In this document: in pieces, positions 12,593 through 24,394 of the stretch | Layout: the number at the start of each line of letters is the position of its first letter | Position numbering within the stretch: position 1 is the first letter of the stretch | NCBI RefSeq assembly: GCF_001194135.2 | Contig: NC_068989.1 | Coordinates: forward strand, 90,441,122 to 90,505,121 | Direction: 5' to 3' | Origin: Octopus bimaculoides | Taxonomy: Eukaryota | DNA length: 64,000 bases | Notes under the pieces: generated by a model | Database searches by the model: none | Seen by the model: only the letters and a program-made list of their open reading frames with translations | What the model was told of the DNA's origin: nothing | Made by a program: the position numbers and the translations under genes

Positions 12593-13104
12593 ACCCCAGT
12601 GAAAATCGTGCGGGTGTTAATCTGAAAATTTACCAAAAATTTACACGGGTTGGCTTTGTTTCCTCCTAACTTTCAAAAAAAAAAATGAATATTTTCTAAT
12701 AAAATTTTCTACAAATACCTTTCAGATGTTTTAGGTTACAATTATAAGGAAATTTCACATTGGAAAAAAAAATGTTGGACTCGCACTGGTACATCACACA
12801 CATATGTATTTATATAAAATAATACAGTACGTAGACAGACCGACACAAAACACACACACACATTAATGCACACGCACACACACACGTGTGTGTATGTATT
12901 TATATGTATGTGTATACGTATGTGAAAATGTGTGTATGTATGTGTATGTATGTGTGTGCGTGTGATTGTGTATGTGTGTGTGTCCAAATTTATTTATATG
13001 TGTGTGTGCATGTATGTACACTTATTACTTCAGACCCTATCTCTCCCTCTCCTTTCTGTACAACTAGATTTGTTCTTCTCTCTTCCACCAATCTATACGA
13101 CTCC

Positions 13105-13260
13105 AATATACTGATTAAAGATTTAGTTAGGATAATGAATAAGTCCACCCCCGCGCCCCTATGCGAACCCTTTGAAACAAAGAAACATGTACAAAACTTC
13201 ATGCACCGCATGCAATTCTCTGGATATGACCAGAAAGATATGGTTCGAGTATATAGCAAA
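13105..13260 (+). mobile_element. Penelope-like element RT thumb fragment
   Basis: NILIKDLVRIMNK...HVQNFMHRMQFSGYDQKDMVRVY resembles the PLE (Neptune/Naiad-type) RT C-terminal F..RMQ.SGY motif, recalled from memory. Confidence 0.6.
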
Positions 13261-13459
13261 ACAACTACAAATAACAAAAAGCAACAAAAGTACAAGGAAC
13301 GTTTATAGTTAATGCAATTAGGATGAAGAAATAACAGTTATAAAATTATAGGTATAACGTTTCGGACTTAGTCCTTTTTCGAAACGAAAAAGATAACACT
13401 CAAAACATGTAGTCGGAGTGACATACTGTTTTGTGTGAGTGTGTGTGTGTAGTGTGTGT

Positions 13460-13528
<69 letters not shown>

Positions 13529-14247
13529 CTTTTAGAAGGAAAAGGTTGACATAAACTTTGAAGGTTCGGCTTGATCACCTCCATGAGATTGTCACTGTCA
13601 TTGAAACCTTTTCTTGTAAAAATGATTAAACATGGCCTGAGTAATCCTTTATATTAATGTCTTCGTAATACGCATGAGAAACCACTTCAGAGTAGAAGCT
13701 TTCAAAAAACAAACAAAAAGAACCGCAATAAAGACATTAAAAGGAAAAGAAAAGAAAAAAAAATGGAACCAACAATAGAGATTCTACCTGTTCGCTCGAC
13801 CTGCTAGAAATAACAATTCGTCGAACAACCTGTTCCAGTCATGAAGTAATAGAGAGAAAAATTGACAGTAAAGACAAGTAAAACAGCAACAGCAAAAAGA
13901 TTTTCAGTTCCTGTTGGTAAATACATTTTTGATATTCCCATCTTAATTATGAGGCATGGTAGATCAAAGGCAGTTTTGAGCCCTTTTTAAACCTATGTCT
14001 CTTGGGGATCTTCCCCTTTCGCCTCCCTGCTCCATCACTGACACCCCACTTACACACATAAATATTTTAAATAGAACATTTGTGATATTTAAGTGTTGCC
14101 ATTATAGAAATTGTATAAACGTCACGAATTGTCAAATATTTGTTTTATTGTGTGAATTATTTTTATTTATGGTATTTAAACGACGTGGAACATTGTTTAC
14201 CGAGCCAAAATGATGACTTTTCCTGCGACACATTTCCGGTCACGCAC

Positions 14248-14328
<81 letters not shown>

Positions 14329-14518
14329 TGTGTGTGTGTGTTTGGTCACCCATGCGTGCAGTTGGTAACATGTAATCTGTTATATGGTCAGGTGATCGGC
14401 GACTAAACTGGTCATCCTGATTAGTGTAAGATGAGTTCTAGACATCCTAGTGGATAAAAAAGGAGGCCCATCAAAGGGCAGGTGAATTCAAGAGAGTCAG
14501 CGACCATCCAATTACCTG

Positions 14519-14549
<31 letters not shown>

Positions 14550-14584
14550 CATACATACATACATACGTACGTACGTACGTCTGA

Positions 14585-14926
14585 GTTTCCCAGCAACGGA
14601 GTTGTTACGCTGGTTTATCCCTGAAACCGCTAAGTTTCAGGGACATAAACACACCAACATCGGTTGGCAAACGATGGTGGTGGGGGACAAACACAAAGAC
14701 ACACGCACGCACACACACGCACGCACACACACGCACACTCACACACACATGCATACAAGCACGTGACGGTTTCTTTCAGTTTCCGTCTACCAAATCCACT
14801 CGCAAGGCTTTAGTCGACCTGAGGCTATAGCAGAAGACACTTGCCCAAGGTGTCACGCAGTGGAACTGAACCCGGAACCATGTGGTTGGTAAGCAAGCTT
14901 CTTACCACACAGCCATGCCTGTGCCT
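14585..14926 (-). mobile_element. SINE family B (head, microsatellite linker, part of tail)
   Basis: Reverse complement of the composite element seen complete at 60146-60560. Confidence 0.8.
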
Positions 14927-15059
14927 ATTCTTATACAACTGGTGTTAGAACACCTACAATGTTAGGGGTTTTATATATATGTAGTGAAACTACCTATCGC
15001 CATTATATACAACCACTTATATTTTCATTGCTAGTGACTTCAACTACCCTGAAATTGAA

Positions 15060-16335
15060 CGGGAAACTTTTCATTGGTCACAAAGCGCAGGCGATTTCCC
15101 TGGTGTATGCTGGATGCAAATTGGTCCCAAATAGTCACCTCTCCCACAAGAGATAATAACATTTTGGACCTGCTCTTTGCCACCACTCCTGAAATCGTTA
15201 TCACTGCTACGACGAAGGAACCTCTAGGCGACTCCGATTATACTATGATCATTGCCAAATCTGTCTTTTATAGGTAGAAACAAGAAGCACCACCACCTTC
15301 AAACCACTTGTTTTGACTGGAACAAAGCAGACTGGAACTGCTACCGTAAGGCGTTATGACACCCAAACTGGTTTGAATTTTATGATTCAGGGGACGTCAA
15401 TACTGTTTTTCAAAATATCCTCAGTGCAATCTGGGGTGCATGTGAAGCGTCAATACCACGCAAACACTCTAGAAATAAAAACAGTGTAATTTAGGAGACT
15501 GCAGCAGTTCGACTTGCCAGTTAAGATCGTCGTGATACTGAACAGAAATACAGACAGCATAGAACAGATGAGAACAGAAGAAGACGCAACAGATCATCTA
15601 ACCATCTCAAGCAAGTGACACAAAAAGGCAGTGCTTGAGTTAGAACAGCATAGCAGCTAGCCCTGGAAGCAAAGTGTTCTGGAAATATGTGCGTTCGAAA
15701 CAGAGACCTCACTCTCCAGTCGTCCCTCTTCACAATCCCCACACAGGTCGGATCACTGATGACGCCAAAGGAATGCGCTGAGCTTATTGCTGAATGTTAT
15801 GCTGGCATTTTTACTGCTGAAAATCTCAATGTACCTTCTTCACCAACTCTGACATCAAATTCCATAACATCTGTGAAATTCACACACACAATGCTGTGGC
15901 CCCCACCTCAAGAATAAGCGCAACTATGTATCTCCTGGTCTTGATGGTGTTACTTATTTGCTTCTCAAACATGGGGGGTTCTTTCTTTTGCATCAGCTTT
16001 CATTCTTCTTTAAATTCTGCCTTAACAAATGTGTCACTCGAGAACACTGGAAAATTTCCAGTGTCGTTCACTGTTCAAAAAGGGTGATCGCACATCACTT
16101 GTCAACGACTGTCCAGTCAGCCTTACTAGCTGCATCGCCAAACTCATGGAGCCCTGTGTCAGAGAAACACTCAGGAACTTTTGGAGCCCTCACAACCTTA
16201 TTCGACCCTCACAATTTGGTTTTAGCCCCAACTCCAGCTGCTGTAGTCCTCATGGAGTTTCTTGAGGACATCACCCGAGTTACTGATGGTGGCTCATAGG
16301 TGGATGCTGTCTACCTTGATTTTGCTAAGGCTTTT
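15060..16335 (+). mobile_element. CR1-group LINE ORF2 fragment (endonuclease end through RT motif 3), decayed
   Basis: QIVTSPTRDNNILDLLF..LGDSD (APE C-terminus); FKKGDRTSLVNDCPVSLTSCIAKLME..SQFGFSP; VDAVYLDFAKAF; multiple stops and frameshifts. Confidence 0.9.
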
Positions 16336-16469
16336 TTTGTTAGTTTTCGTCCCACATTTTGAAATACTTGCAATTTGTATTTTTACTGCTTGTGTTTGCT
16401 CCACTTGATATATTTCCAAAATTAAACATTTTAATATGCAAAATACACTTCACATTATTACATATACTA

Positions 16470-16976
16470 TACACTAATGAATCAAATATTGTGTTTATTG
16501 ACTATCTTCAAAATGATCACACCATGAATGGCAAGTTCAATGCCAACTTGCTAAGGCAGTTATGAAAGGGTATCAAAAACCCCAAACCCAGAAAAACTGA
16601 TGAATGGGGTCTTGTTTCATTAAGACAATGCTTCAACACACAAGTCTTTAGTTGCAGTGACTGCTGTGCGTGACTGGCTTTGAACTGGTTGATCACCCTC
16701 CCTATTTTAGGATTTGGTTCCATCTGGTTATCATCTGTTTCCCAACATAGAAAAACACTCAGCTGGGCACCAGCATCACTGTGATGATGTCTTGTCTGCT
16801 GTTGATGACCATTTTGACCAACGGAATGGCTTCTTCACCAGTGCGATCCAGGCATTGCAACTACTTATGGAAGTGTGTGGACAGTAAGAGGAACTGCGTT
16901 AAACAATGAACCTCCTTTGGTCCCATTCCATGAGAGTGTCTTGCTCAGCCTATGAACATTTCAGCCGACCCTCATA
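16470..16976 (+). mobile_element. Mariner transposase C-terminal half plus 3' TIR, pseudogenised
   Basis: IVFIDYLQ...LLRQL, LFH*DNASTH, HPPY..DL.PS.YHLFP motifs; terminal tttcagccgaccctcata. Confidence 0.85.
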
Positions 16977-17141
16977 ATAATAAAAATTATTATTATACCT
17001 GCATTTGTTTTTTAATACTAACATTGAAAAAAAATTCACACTTTTCATAATAGAATTTGGACCTGGGTTTGCACCCACTAACCAAATTTTGTTGCTGGGT
17101 CACTGCGTGCACTTGTACAAAAATGTGCCCCTCACCACGTA

Positions 17142-17448
17142 ACTTTGTTTCTTCATAACTCTCCTAAAATGGATATTTTCTAATGAAATTTTCTACAAAT
17201 ACTTTTGGGATACTGTAGATAACGATTATATTGGCATTTGTTGTGAAAAAAACCCCCCAAAAACGATGAGTGAGCACCACATATATCTTCTAAAATGAAA
17301 CTTAGAACTTTGAAAAAAAACTGCAACCACCGATTTTATTTTTCCACATATTTTCCCGATATAATTGTAATATACATCATATGAAAGATATCTGTAGAAA
17401 ATTTCTTTATAAAACATCCATTTTCTGAAAGTAATGAAGAAATAAAGT
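17142..17448. repeat. Diverged ~110-bp inverted arms (fold-back/MITE-like)
   Basis: actttgtttcttcataact...ttttctacaaata versus the reverse complement at 17389-17448; the same arm occurs at 12654-12772. Confidence 0.6.
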
Positions 17449-18785
17449 CGTTTGTGTGTGGGGTCCTTTTGTGTATGTATGCCATGCTTAGCCGTATCAA
17501 GCTTTGTCAAATGTTTTTAATAACTAGAGAATATAAGCTGCGAAAATATAAAGACATAATGGATTTTCACATTTGTAATCTTCTGTAAAAACAAATTCTG
17601 GTCTTAATTATGTCTACACAAGACACGACGCATTGCAAGACAAATGTTTACATAACACCGGTGTTTAATAATTGTTCCTAATGTAAATAAAGTCCGCTGT
17701 TGAAGTTACACATCTCAATTCAGAAAAAATATACATTATTAGTTTACCTTCTCATCAAAAGTAATTTTCATTTTCATAAAAAATAGGAAAATAACAAATG
17801 CAAGAATAAATTAAAATATGGTGTCAATTCACTCGTATTGATACATATAAAATTTCCTTTCCACACATTTTAAACATATTTAGTGAATATTTAAACAAGG
17901 AAGACTGTTGAAATAAAATTTTCCTTCCTCGGTTTAATTGAAATTTCAGATGTTTTAAGTTTTGTATTGTTATTTCATTCATCTTTAAAATATGTTAAAG
18001 AAAATTTATTCTACAGGAAATCAATGGAGAAAATGTTAATTGCTAAATGAAATTCAAATCTTAATTGAAAATGAATTTCTTAAAAATCGCTAAAAGTGTT
18101 TATTTTCTTTAAATTGAATTTAGATTCCAGTTTCAGTTTAAATTTCAGACTTTCTTCTACGATTTTTGGTTGATGAAAACATCTCACTTTTAATGAAATG
18201 AAATGGGCATTCTTCGTTGAAATGTCTAATCAGAATAGAACCGAAGGAACACAGATGAAAGGAAAAGATTTCATCGAAATTTTCATCACAAGTTTCAAAT
18301 AATTTATTAAGATTTTCCAGTTTTCCTAGAATGATGATTGACTTTATAATAATATTGCGTTTTCTTCAATATTTCTGGGAATTTTCTCTAAAAATAAATC
18401 ATTAGATAGATTTGATTTAAATTTAGAATATAGAATTTAGTGTCATCGAGAAATATAAACAAAAATCTGTAATACACAACATACGAAAGTAAAGGTAGAA
18501 ATAATTCTTTCGTTCGGACACGACGAAAGTAATGATGTGGAAGTTTCTTTCAAGCAGCAGACATGAGGAGTGGTGGGAGGGTGATTGATATACTATACAT
18601 ACACACACACACGCATACACATACACGCACACACATACACACACGCTGATACACGCACACACATACACATACGCTGATACACGCACACACTGATACACGT
18701 ACGTACGATATACACATACACACAAGCAAATGCAGACACAAACAAACACATACATGCACACTCATATAGACACAAGCACACACAC

Positions 18786-18822
<37 letters not shown>

Positions 18823-19664
18823 CAAACATATACAAACCTACGTACTCAGATACGCGATACATATACATGCAAAAACGCCCGCGCACACACACATACGCAC
18901 AAACACACTCACAAACATGCCGATACCGGTGCACACCACATATACATCATGCACACGCCATAGACACACACACACACACACACACACACAATCACCATTC
19001 ACACATGCATTCACAAACTGGACCAATGCTAATACACATATACACGCGCATTCCCATATAAAATATCTCCGTCCTTGTTTGTTCCCTCGTCTTAACCTTC
19101 TCAAATCACCCACGGTTAAGCCACGAATATTTTGGGTTGTCTCAACATTTTTAGACGGGAACACCCGTGTCCCCTGCTGTGATGAATAACTGAGGAAGCG
19201 TGCCTGTCTACCGATTTCTTTTATTTTCTTTACCATCTTCGTACTGCTTACTCTTGTAAATCCTGTTCATTTTTGAATAATGAATATGCTATTTTTTCCC
19301 CTCGTTCAGTGCAACAGAAGTAGTATTAGATTAAAACAGCAATCTGTGTATCGTACTCAATGCAAATGCATCACAAAAAGTCAAATTAGCTGCGGTATTC
19401 GTCTGGAGGTAATATCTCTGTAAACTGCTGAAAATAGCACATCACTTTGTATATGTATGTTCACACTGAAATGACGGTGGTACCTAACGAAGGACTTATT
19501 TAAACAATCACTTGAGGTGGTGCATTTAACACCTTGGATATATGATAATGTTTACACAACATCTCACCAATGTACTGAAGATGTAAACATGCGTCAAAAC
19601 AATTGTAGGGATTTTAAACAAAGAATGTCGTTCATTCCATTTTCTATAATTTACCTATAATCTT

Positions 19665-19940
19665 TTATCTTTTATTTGTTTTAGCCATTTGACTGCGGCC
19701 ATGCTGGGGCACCGCCTTAGAGAATTTTTAGTTGAATAAATTGATTCCCAGTATTTATTTTTTAAGCCTGGTATTTATTCCATCCGCTCTTTTGTCGAAC
19801 CGCTATGTTATAGGACGTAAACACACCAGCACCGGTGGTCAAGCGGTGCTGGAGGACAAACGCTGCCACAAAGACACGCGCGCGCGCATGCATACAGAGG
19901 CTTCTTTCAGTTTCTGTCTACCAAATCCACTCACAAAACT
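19665..19940 (-). mobile_element. SINE family B tail plus core fragment
   Basis: ttttagccattgactgcggccatgctgg...; matches the reverse complement of 60376-60560. Confidence 0.75.
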
Positions 19941-20019
19941 TTGCACTTATACTATTTCTGTTGCTAACAGCAATTTTTTTTTTATCCGGCCTGTCGGTTA
20001 ATTCTTTTCTATTCTACTG

Positions 20020-20192
20020 GGAAGTGGTGGATTAGATCGACCCCAGTACGCAACTGGTACTTAATTTACCGACCACAAAAGGATGAAAGGCAAAGTCGAC
20101 CTCGGTGGAATTTGAACTCAGAACGTATAGACAGACGAAATACCGCTGAGCATTTCGCTCGGCGTGCTAATGTTTCTGTCAGTTTGCCGCCG
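20020..20192 (-). mobile_element. SINE family A
   Basis: ggatgaaaggcaaagtcgacctcggtggaatttgaactcagaacg core. Confidence 0.85.
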
Positions 20193-20433
20193 GCTAATTG
20201 CAATACCTGTAATTTGTTAATCACTTTTTTTTCTTTATCAATAGTGATTAAATTTGTTTTGGCATTCAGTTGATAATGGATGTTTACTACTGATGATGCT
20301 CAAAAAAGCAGAAATACGTATTTAGCCATTCCACCGCCGCTGCTAGACACTTTTCATCCATTACTGATATATTTCTACGTCGTGACGGTTAGCGTATTCT
20401 CCAGACTTTCAACAGTATATGTACGTTAAGTAT

Positions 20434-20481
<48 letters not shown>

Positions 20482-20760
20482 CACGACGGGCTTCTTTCAG
20501 TTTCTATTTTCCAGATCCACTTAAGAGGCTTTGTTTGGTCTAGAGCTACAGAAAAGGACACCTGCCCAAGATTTTTACGCAGTGGGACTGAACCCGGAAT
20601 CATGTGACTGGGATCCACATTTCTTACCACACCTTCACCGCTGCACCTCAAAAACTATAAACAGGTTTTGGCGAGGATCGAGCTCACAGCCTACTGCGTG
20701 TAAAGCAGACGTGACAACCACTACACATACATACATACATACATACATACATACATACAT

Positions 20761-21135
20761 ACTGAACTATTGAGAAATCTGCAGTTACTCTATCCAGATT
20801 ACAAGTTCAGTTTTATACCTGTAATTATTGGAGCCCTGGAATATGTAACACGCTGTCTAAATACCAATCTTGAGAATTAGGCCTCTCAAAACCAGAAAGG
20901 AGAAAGCTAATTCGAAGACTACAGATCCAATCCATCACTGGAACTGTAAAACTTTCCAGAAGTTTATCATTTAAATATATATGAGCATGTCTAGATATGC
21001 AACTATATGCATGAGAATACATACATAAAACATACAAATCTGCACATACATACATACATACATACATACATACATACATACATACATACATACGTACGTA
21101 CGTACATACATACATACATACATACAAATATACCC
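20761..21135 (+). mobile_element. 5'-truncated R4/Dong-like RLE non-LTR retrotransposon, ORF C-terminus and 3' UTR start
   Basis: TELLRNLQLLYPDYKFSFIPVIIGALEYV...ELGLSKPERRKLIRRLQIQSITGTVK/KTFQKFII* resembles the RLE C-terminal IPV(I)IGALG...GT motif; starts immediately after (TACA)n. Confidence 0.65.
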
Positions 21136-21506
21136 TGTAGTAAAGATTGTTTGCCAACATACATGGCAGTCCTGGTTTAGGACGAATGTTGCTGTAATTT
21201 AGCCCCAGGATTTCCGGGTTATTTCTCCTCATCAGCACAGAATAATTGTTCATCAGCACAGAATAATTTCCCTTCATCAGCACAGAATAATTGTGCTGAT
21301 GAAGGGAAATAACCAGGAAATCGCGATACACAGATATTGTTTTGAGCTGAGTGGGGGTGCTAGATTCCCTTGTCCGAAAATATAAGAACACAGATCATGC
21401 CGTATAGCTAGCTGGAGACGATGTCACCTGGGGCTAAAGTACAGAAACATTCATTCTAAACTAGGACTGCCATATTATGTTATGTTGGCAAACAATCTTT
21501 ACTACA
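21136..21506. mobile_element. Fold-back element with ~75-bp inverted arms and a central hammerhead hairpin
   Basis: tgtagtaaagattgtttgccaacata...ttagccccagg (21136-21209) is inverted at 21427-21506; no TSD evident. Confidence 0.75.
21292..21332 (+). ncRNA. Minimal type I hammerhead-ribozyme motif (Penelope-type variant)
   Basis: tgtg CTGATGA aggg aaataa cc ag GAAA tcgcga TA caca: stem I tgtg/caca, palindromic stem III ATCGCGAT, cleavage triplet A-U-A; stem II is weak in this copy. Confidence 0.55.
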
Positions 21507-21568
21507 AAGTACTGTTGCTGAATATCTCACGTTGTGAGATTTAAAAATAGTAATTTTCCAAATAAAAG

Positions 21569-21809
21569 TACCCTGTTGTTGATGTTGAAATTCCAATGAA
21601 GGGACCTTGGATCTAGGTTAGAAACCGATTCTTTCTCTCTTGGCAAGAAATCTTGAAATAGACCAAATAATGACATACATACATACAAACAAATATACCT
21701 TATTGTTGTTGTTGAAATTCCAATGAAGGAACCTTGAATCTAGGTTAGAAACCTGTTCTTTTTCTATTGGCAAGAAATCTTGAAATAAACTGAATAATGA
21801 CATTCATAC
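21569..21809 (+). repeat. Tandem duplication (~120 bp) of the putative RLE-element 3' tail
   Basis: Two copies of gttgaaattccaatgaagg..ttggcaagaaatcttgaaata...aataatgacat.catac. Confidence 0.8.
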
Positions 21810-22414
21810 GTTTGAATTTAACCCAATTTCAGAAGCTTTCGTAGTAATATTTCGTGGAGTTCTATATACGATATAATTTTACTAACTAATGTTTTGCTTC
21901 CTAGTTTTGTTTTGTGTTCTGTGTTAAAACATCCTGTAATGGCTGATTGTCAAAGCATTGTCAGCCGACTAGAAAGCGTTATGGCTGTGTGTCCGAAGCA
22001 ACGGTTTAGCTCAAACTTTATAGTTTACAACTTCTATGCTTACATCAAAATGTTACATTGGTTGTTTTGCTGATGAGTGACTTCATTTGGATGAGGTTTC
22101 TAATTCTGATTAATATGGAATTAATCATAAAGTAATTTTAAATCCAGCGATAACGATTCCAGATTAATCATAAAAGGCTGTTAATGGAATAAAATATAAA
22201 TGATCATTCATAAGAGAAACTATTTGAGTCAAACACACTCATGTTTTCAATGAAACATCTATCTATCTACATTATTTACATTTGACGGATATTTGTCCTC
22301 ATCTTGTTTGTTGTCTTCTACTATAGCCCCAGGTCAACCAATGATATGTGAGTGAATTTATTTGACGGAAACTGGGAAATCTCATCATTTACATACGTAT
22401 ACATACAAATATCT

Positions 22415-22805
22415 TGTAGTGACGACCTATAGCAGACGACATTTCCAGAGTTTTATCCACGCATGCGCAGGGACTAGTTCCGGAAGGAATACAGGAAGAG
22501 TCTCATGCGCATGCGTAGTCATCGATATCCAAACGTTCCCGCTTCTTTCACCCTCTTTCTCGCTGGCCGACGAAGGGCCTGGACGTCGCAGCAGCCTCTC
22601 TCCAACAACCCAACTCTGGAGCTACACAAATAACCACGCAACTTCATTGACGGCGTCTCAGTAACCAAAGGGCGAAGTGCTGCCGAATTCTATTGTAATA
22701 AATATTGTTGTGTTGATAGTTTAGAATCTGCGTTCCGTTGTTTCTTCAAGAAATTTAATGTACGGAAGCGGAGTACACCTAATGGTGTATAACCACTTCC
22801 CTACA
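22415..22805 (+). mobile_element. Solo LTR (391 bp), TSD ATCT
   Basis: TGTAG...CTACA termini; ATCT at 22411-22414 and 22806-22809; AATAAA at 22697; a 4-bp TSD fits Gypsy-type integration. Confidence 0.85.
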
Positions 22806-23952
22806 ATCTCATTCAGTAGCTTCTCAGAAGAGTTCATAGTGTCAAGAACATGTGAGGCCGCGAGGAACGGAGATTCCTGTGACACAAAAGTAGCAGGTGT
22901 TGGTATTGAAGTTGGTACAGGTAGGAAGCGGAATGCTGCAAATAGCAGAGGAACAGTCGAGGCAGAGGGCTCTAGTCAGAACTGTGGCGATAGCGCACTC
23001 AGACCTGGATAATTTCAAAAAACCACCAGATTGGAAGCACCAAAGGAAAGAGCGACAGCATCTCCTCCAAGGAAAAGTCCGCACAAGTGTAGAAGAAGCA
23101 AGGGCGGGCAGGATGATGAGACTCAGCCAACAAGAGACCCGGACCAGCCGGCCCAACATATAGCAGTGGAAAATTACCTAGTCGAGTCTCCGGTGGACTG
23201 GCATCCAGCATATCAAATTTCCAATCTAGGTTGTCTACAACACTATATCGAGTCTCACAAACCTTCACACTTGGAGCTGGAGTGAAACACTATCCTGTTC
23301 CGTATGTACAAAAAAAAAGAAAAAAAAAAAGAGGTGATCCCCTCAATATCTTCTCAACAGCTGCCCCAGAGCCTTAGCTGATGGCCGCTACCGCTGGCAG
23401 CATGACAAGGTGTTCAGGGCGGTTGAGGATGTAATATCGACAGCTATTCATCCAGTTGATACCACCCCAGGAAAGAGGCCATAACTTTTTTTCAGAGTTG
23501 GAGAGAAATCCAGTTTACAGACGCTCCAACGATAATCGTACCTACTTTCCATAGCCGCAGACTGGCAGGTAAGAATGGTTCTCGTGGAACAGTTAAAGTT
23601 CCCAAATCACATAGTATCAACAACACTCCGACCAGACATAGCAATCTTCTCAAATTCCACCAAACAGGTGATCATGTGGGAACCGACCGTTCCTTTATAG
23701 GAACACATGGAGGAGGCTCATGAGATGAAGCTTGCCGAATACCAAGAGCTGGTAGAGAGTAATTCAGGAATCGGGTCTGGGAAACACGTTGCGAGGCACT
23801 AGAAGTGGCCTGTTGAGATTTTGTGCGGCGAAGCTCTGACTGGGTTTGGAGTTACTAGTGTAGCAAAGAAGAGAACTATAAATTTCATCACTGAAGCTGC
23901 AGAGAAGGCCATTAGGTGGTTTTGGGATTAAGATTAACCTGTGGGTTGGTTC
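22806..23952 (+). mobile_element. HERO/NeSL-type RLE non-LTR retrotransposon, 3' part of ORF, decayed
   Basis: EEFIVSR...GIEVGTGRK; CSVC..LLNSCPRALADGRYRWQHDKV (zinc knuckle plus RHD-like motif); LKFPNHIVSTTLRPDIAIFSNSTKQVIMWEPTVP..EEAHEMK (PD-(D/E)xK RLE); EAAEKAIRWFW. Confidence 0.9.
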
Positions 23953-24390
23953 TGTAGTAACGTCGTGCGCATGCGTAGTCTCACGCATGCGTGGAATTAA
24001 ACAACCAAGCATTCCCGCTTCTATTCTATCTCTTTCTCGGTCGGCCGGCCATGAGCATGGACGTGTCAAGCAGTGTCCTCAACATTCCAACTCTGGAGAC
24101 AGTCTCTTTCATGCTGGCCAGCGATCGAGCATGGACGTGTTTAGCTGTCTCTCTTCATCTTTCGAACTTACGCTCGACAGCTCGCTTACATCTACATAAC
24201 AACGTCCCAACAACTATACTCACACACACAGAAGCAGTAGCAACAAACAAGAGCTAAAGATGTATATATTTACCACCTGAATAAATGTTGTTTAAGCTGA
24301 TAGTCTGGAAATCAGCGTTCCGTTATATTCTCTAATTTTATATAGGAAAGTCAGGTATACATCTAATGATGTATAACCAACTTTCCTATA
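23953..24390 (+). mobile_element. Solo LTR (438 bp), TSD GTTC, related to 22415-22805
   Basis: TGTAG...CTATA termini; GTTC at 23949-23952 and 24391-24394; shares gcgcatgcgtagtc, ttcccgcttct, ccaactctggag, aataaa and gcgttccgtt blocks with the first LTR. Confidence 0.85.
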
Positions 24391-24394
24391 GTTC

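Noticed and set aside
13351-13386. Hammerhead next to the PLE RT fragment (minus strand: tcgaaaaagga-ctaag-tccGAAACGTTA)
   Set aside because: Stem II and GAAAC are present, but the CUGANGA core and stem I are not; at most a decayed remnant.
21209-21310. CRISPR-like repeat array
   Set aside because: Only three short units with no unique spacers, in a eukaryotic context; explained by slippage within a hairpin.
22415-24390. A single LTR retrotransposon carrying an RLE nuclease
   Set aside because: Each LTR has its own distinct TSD, the LTRs are diverged, and the HERO sequence continues beyond the second LTR.
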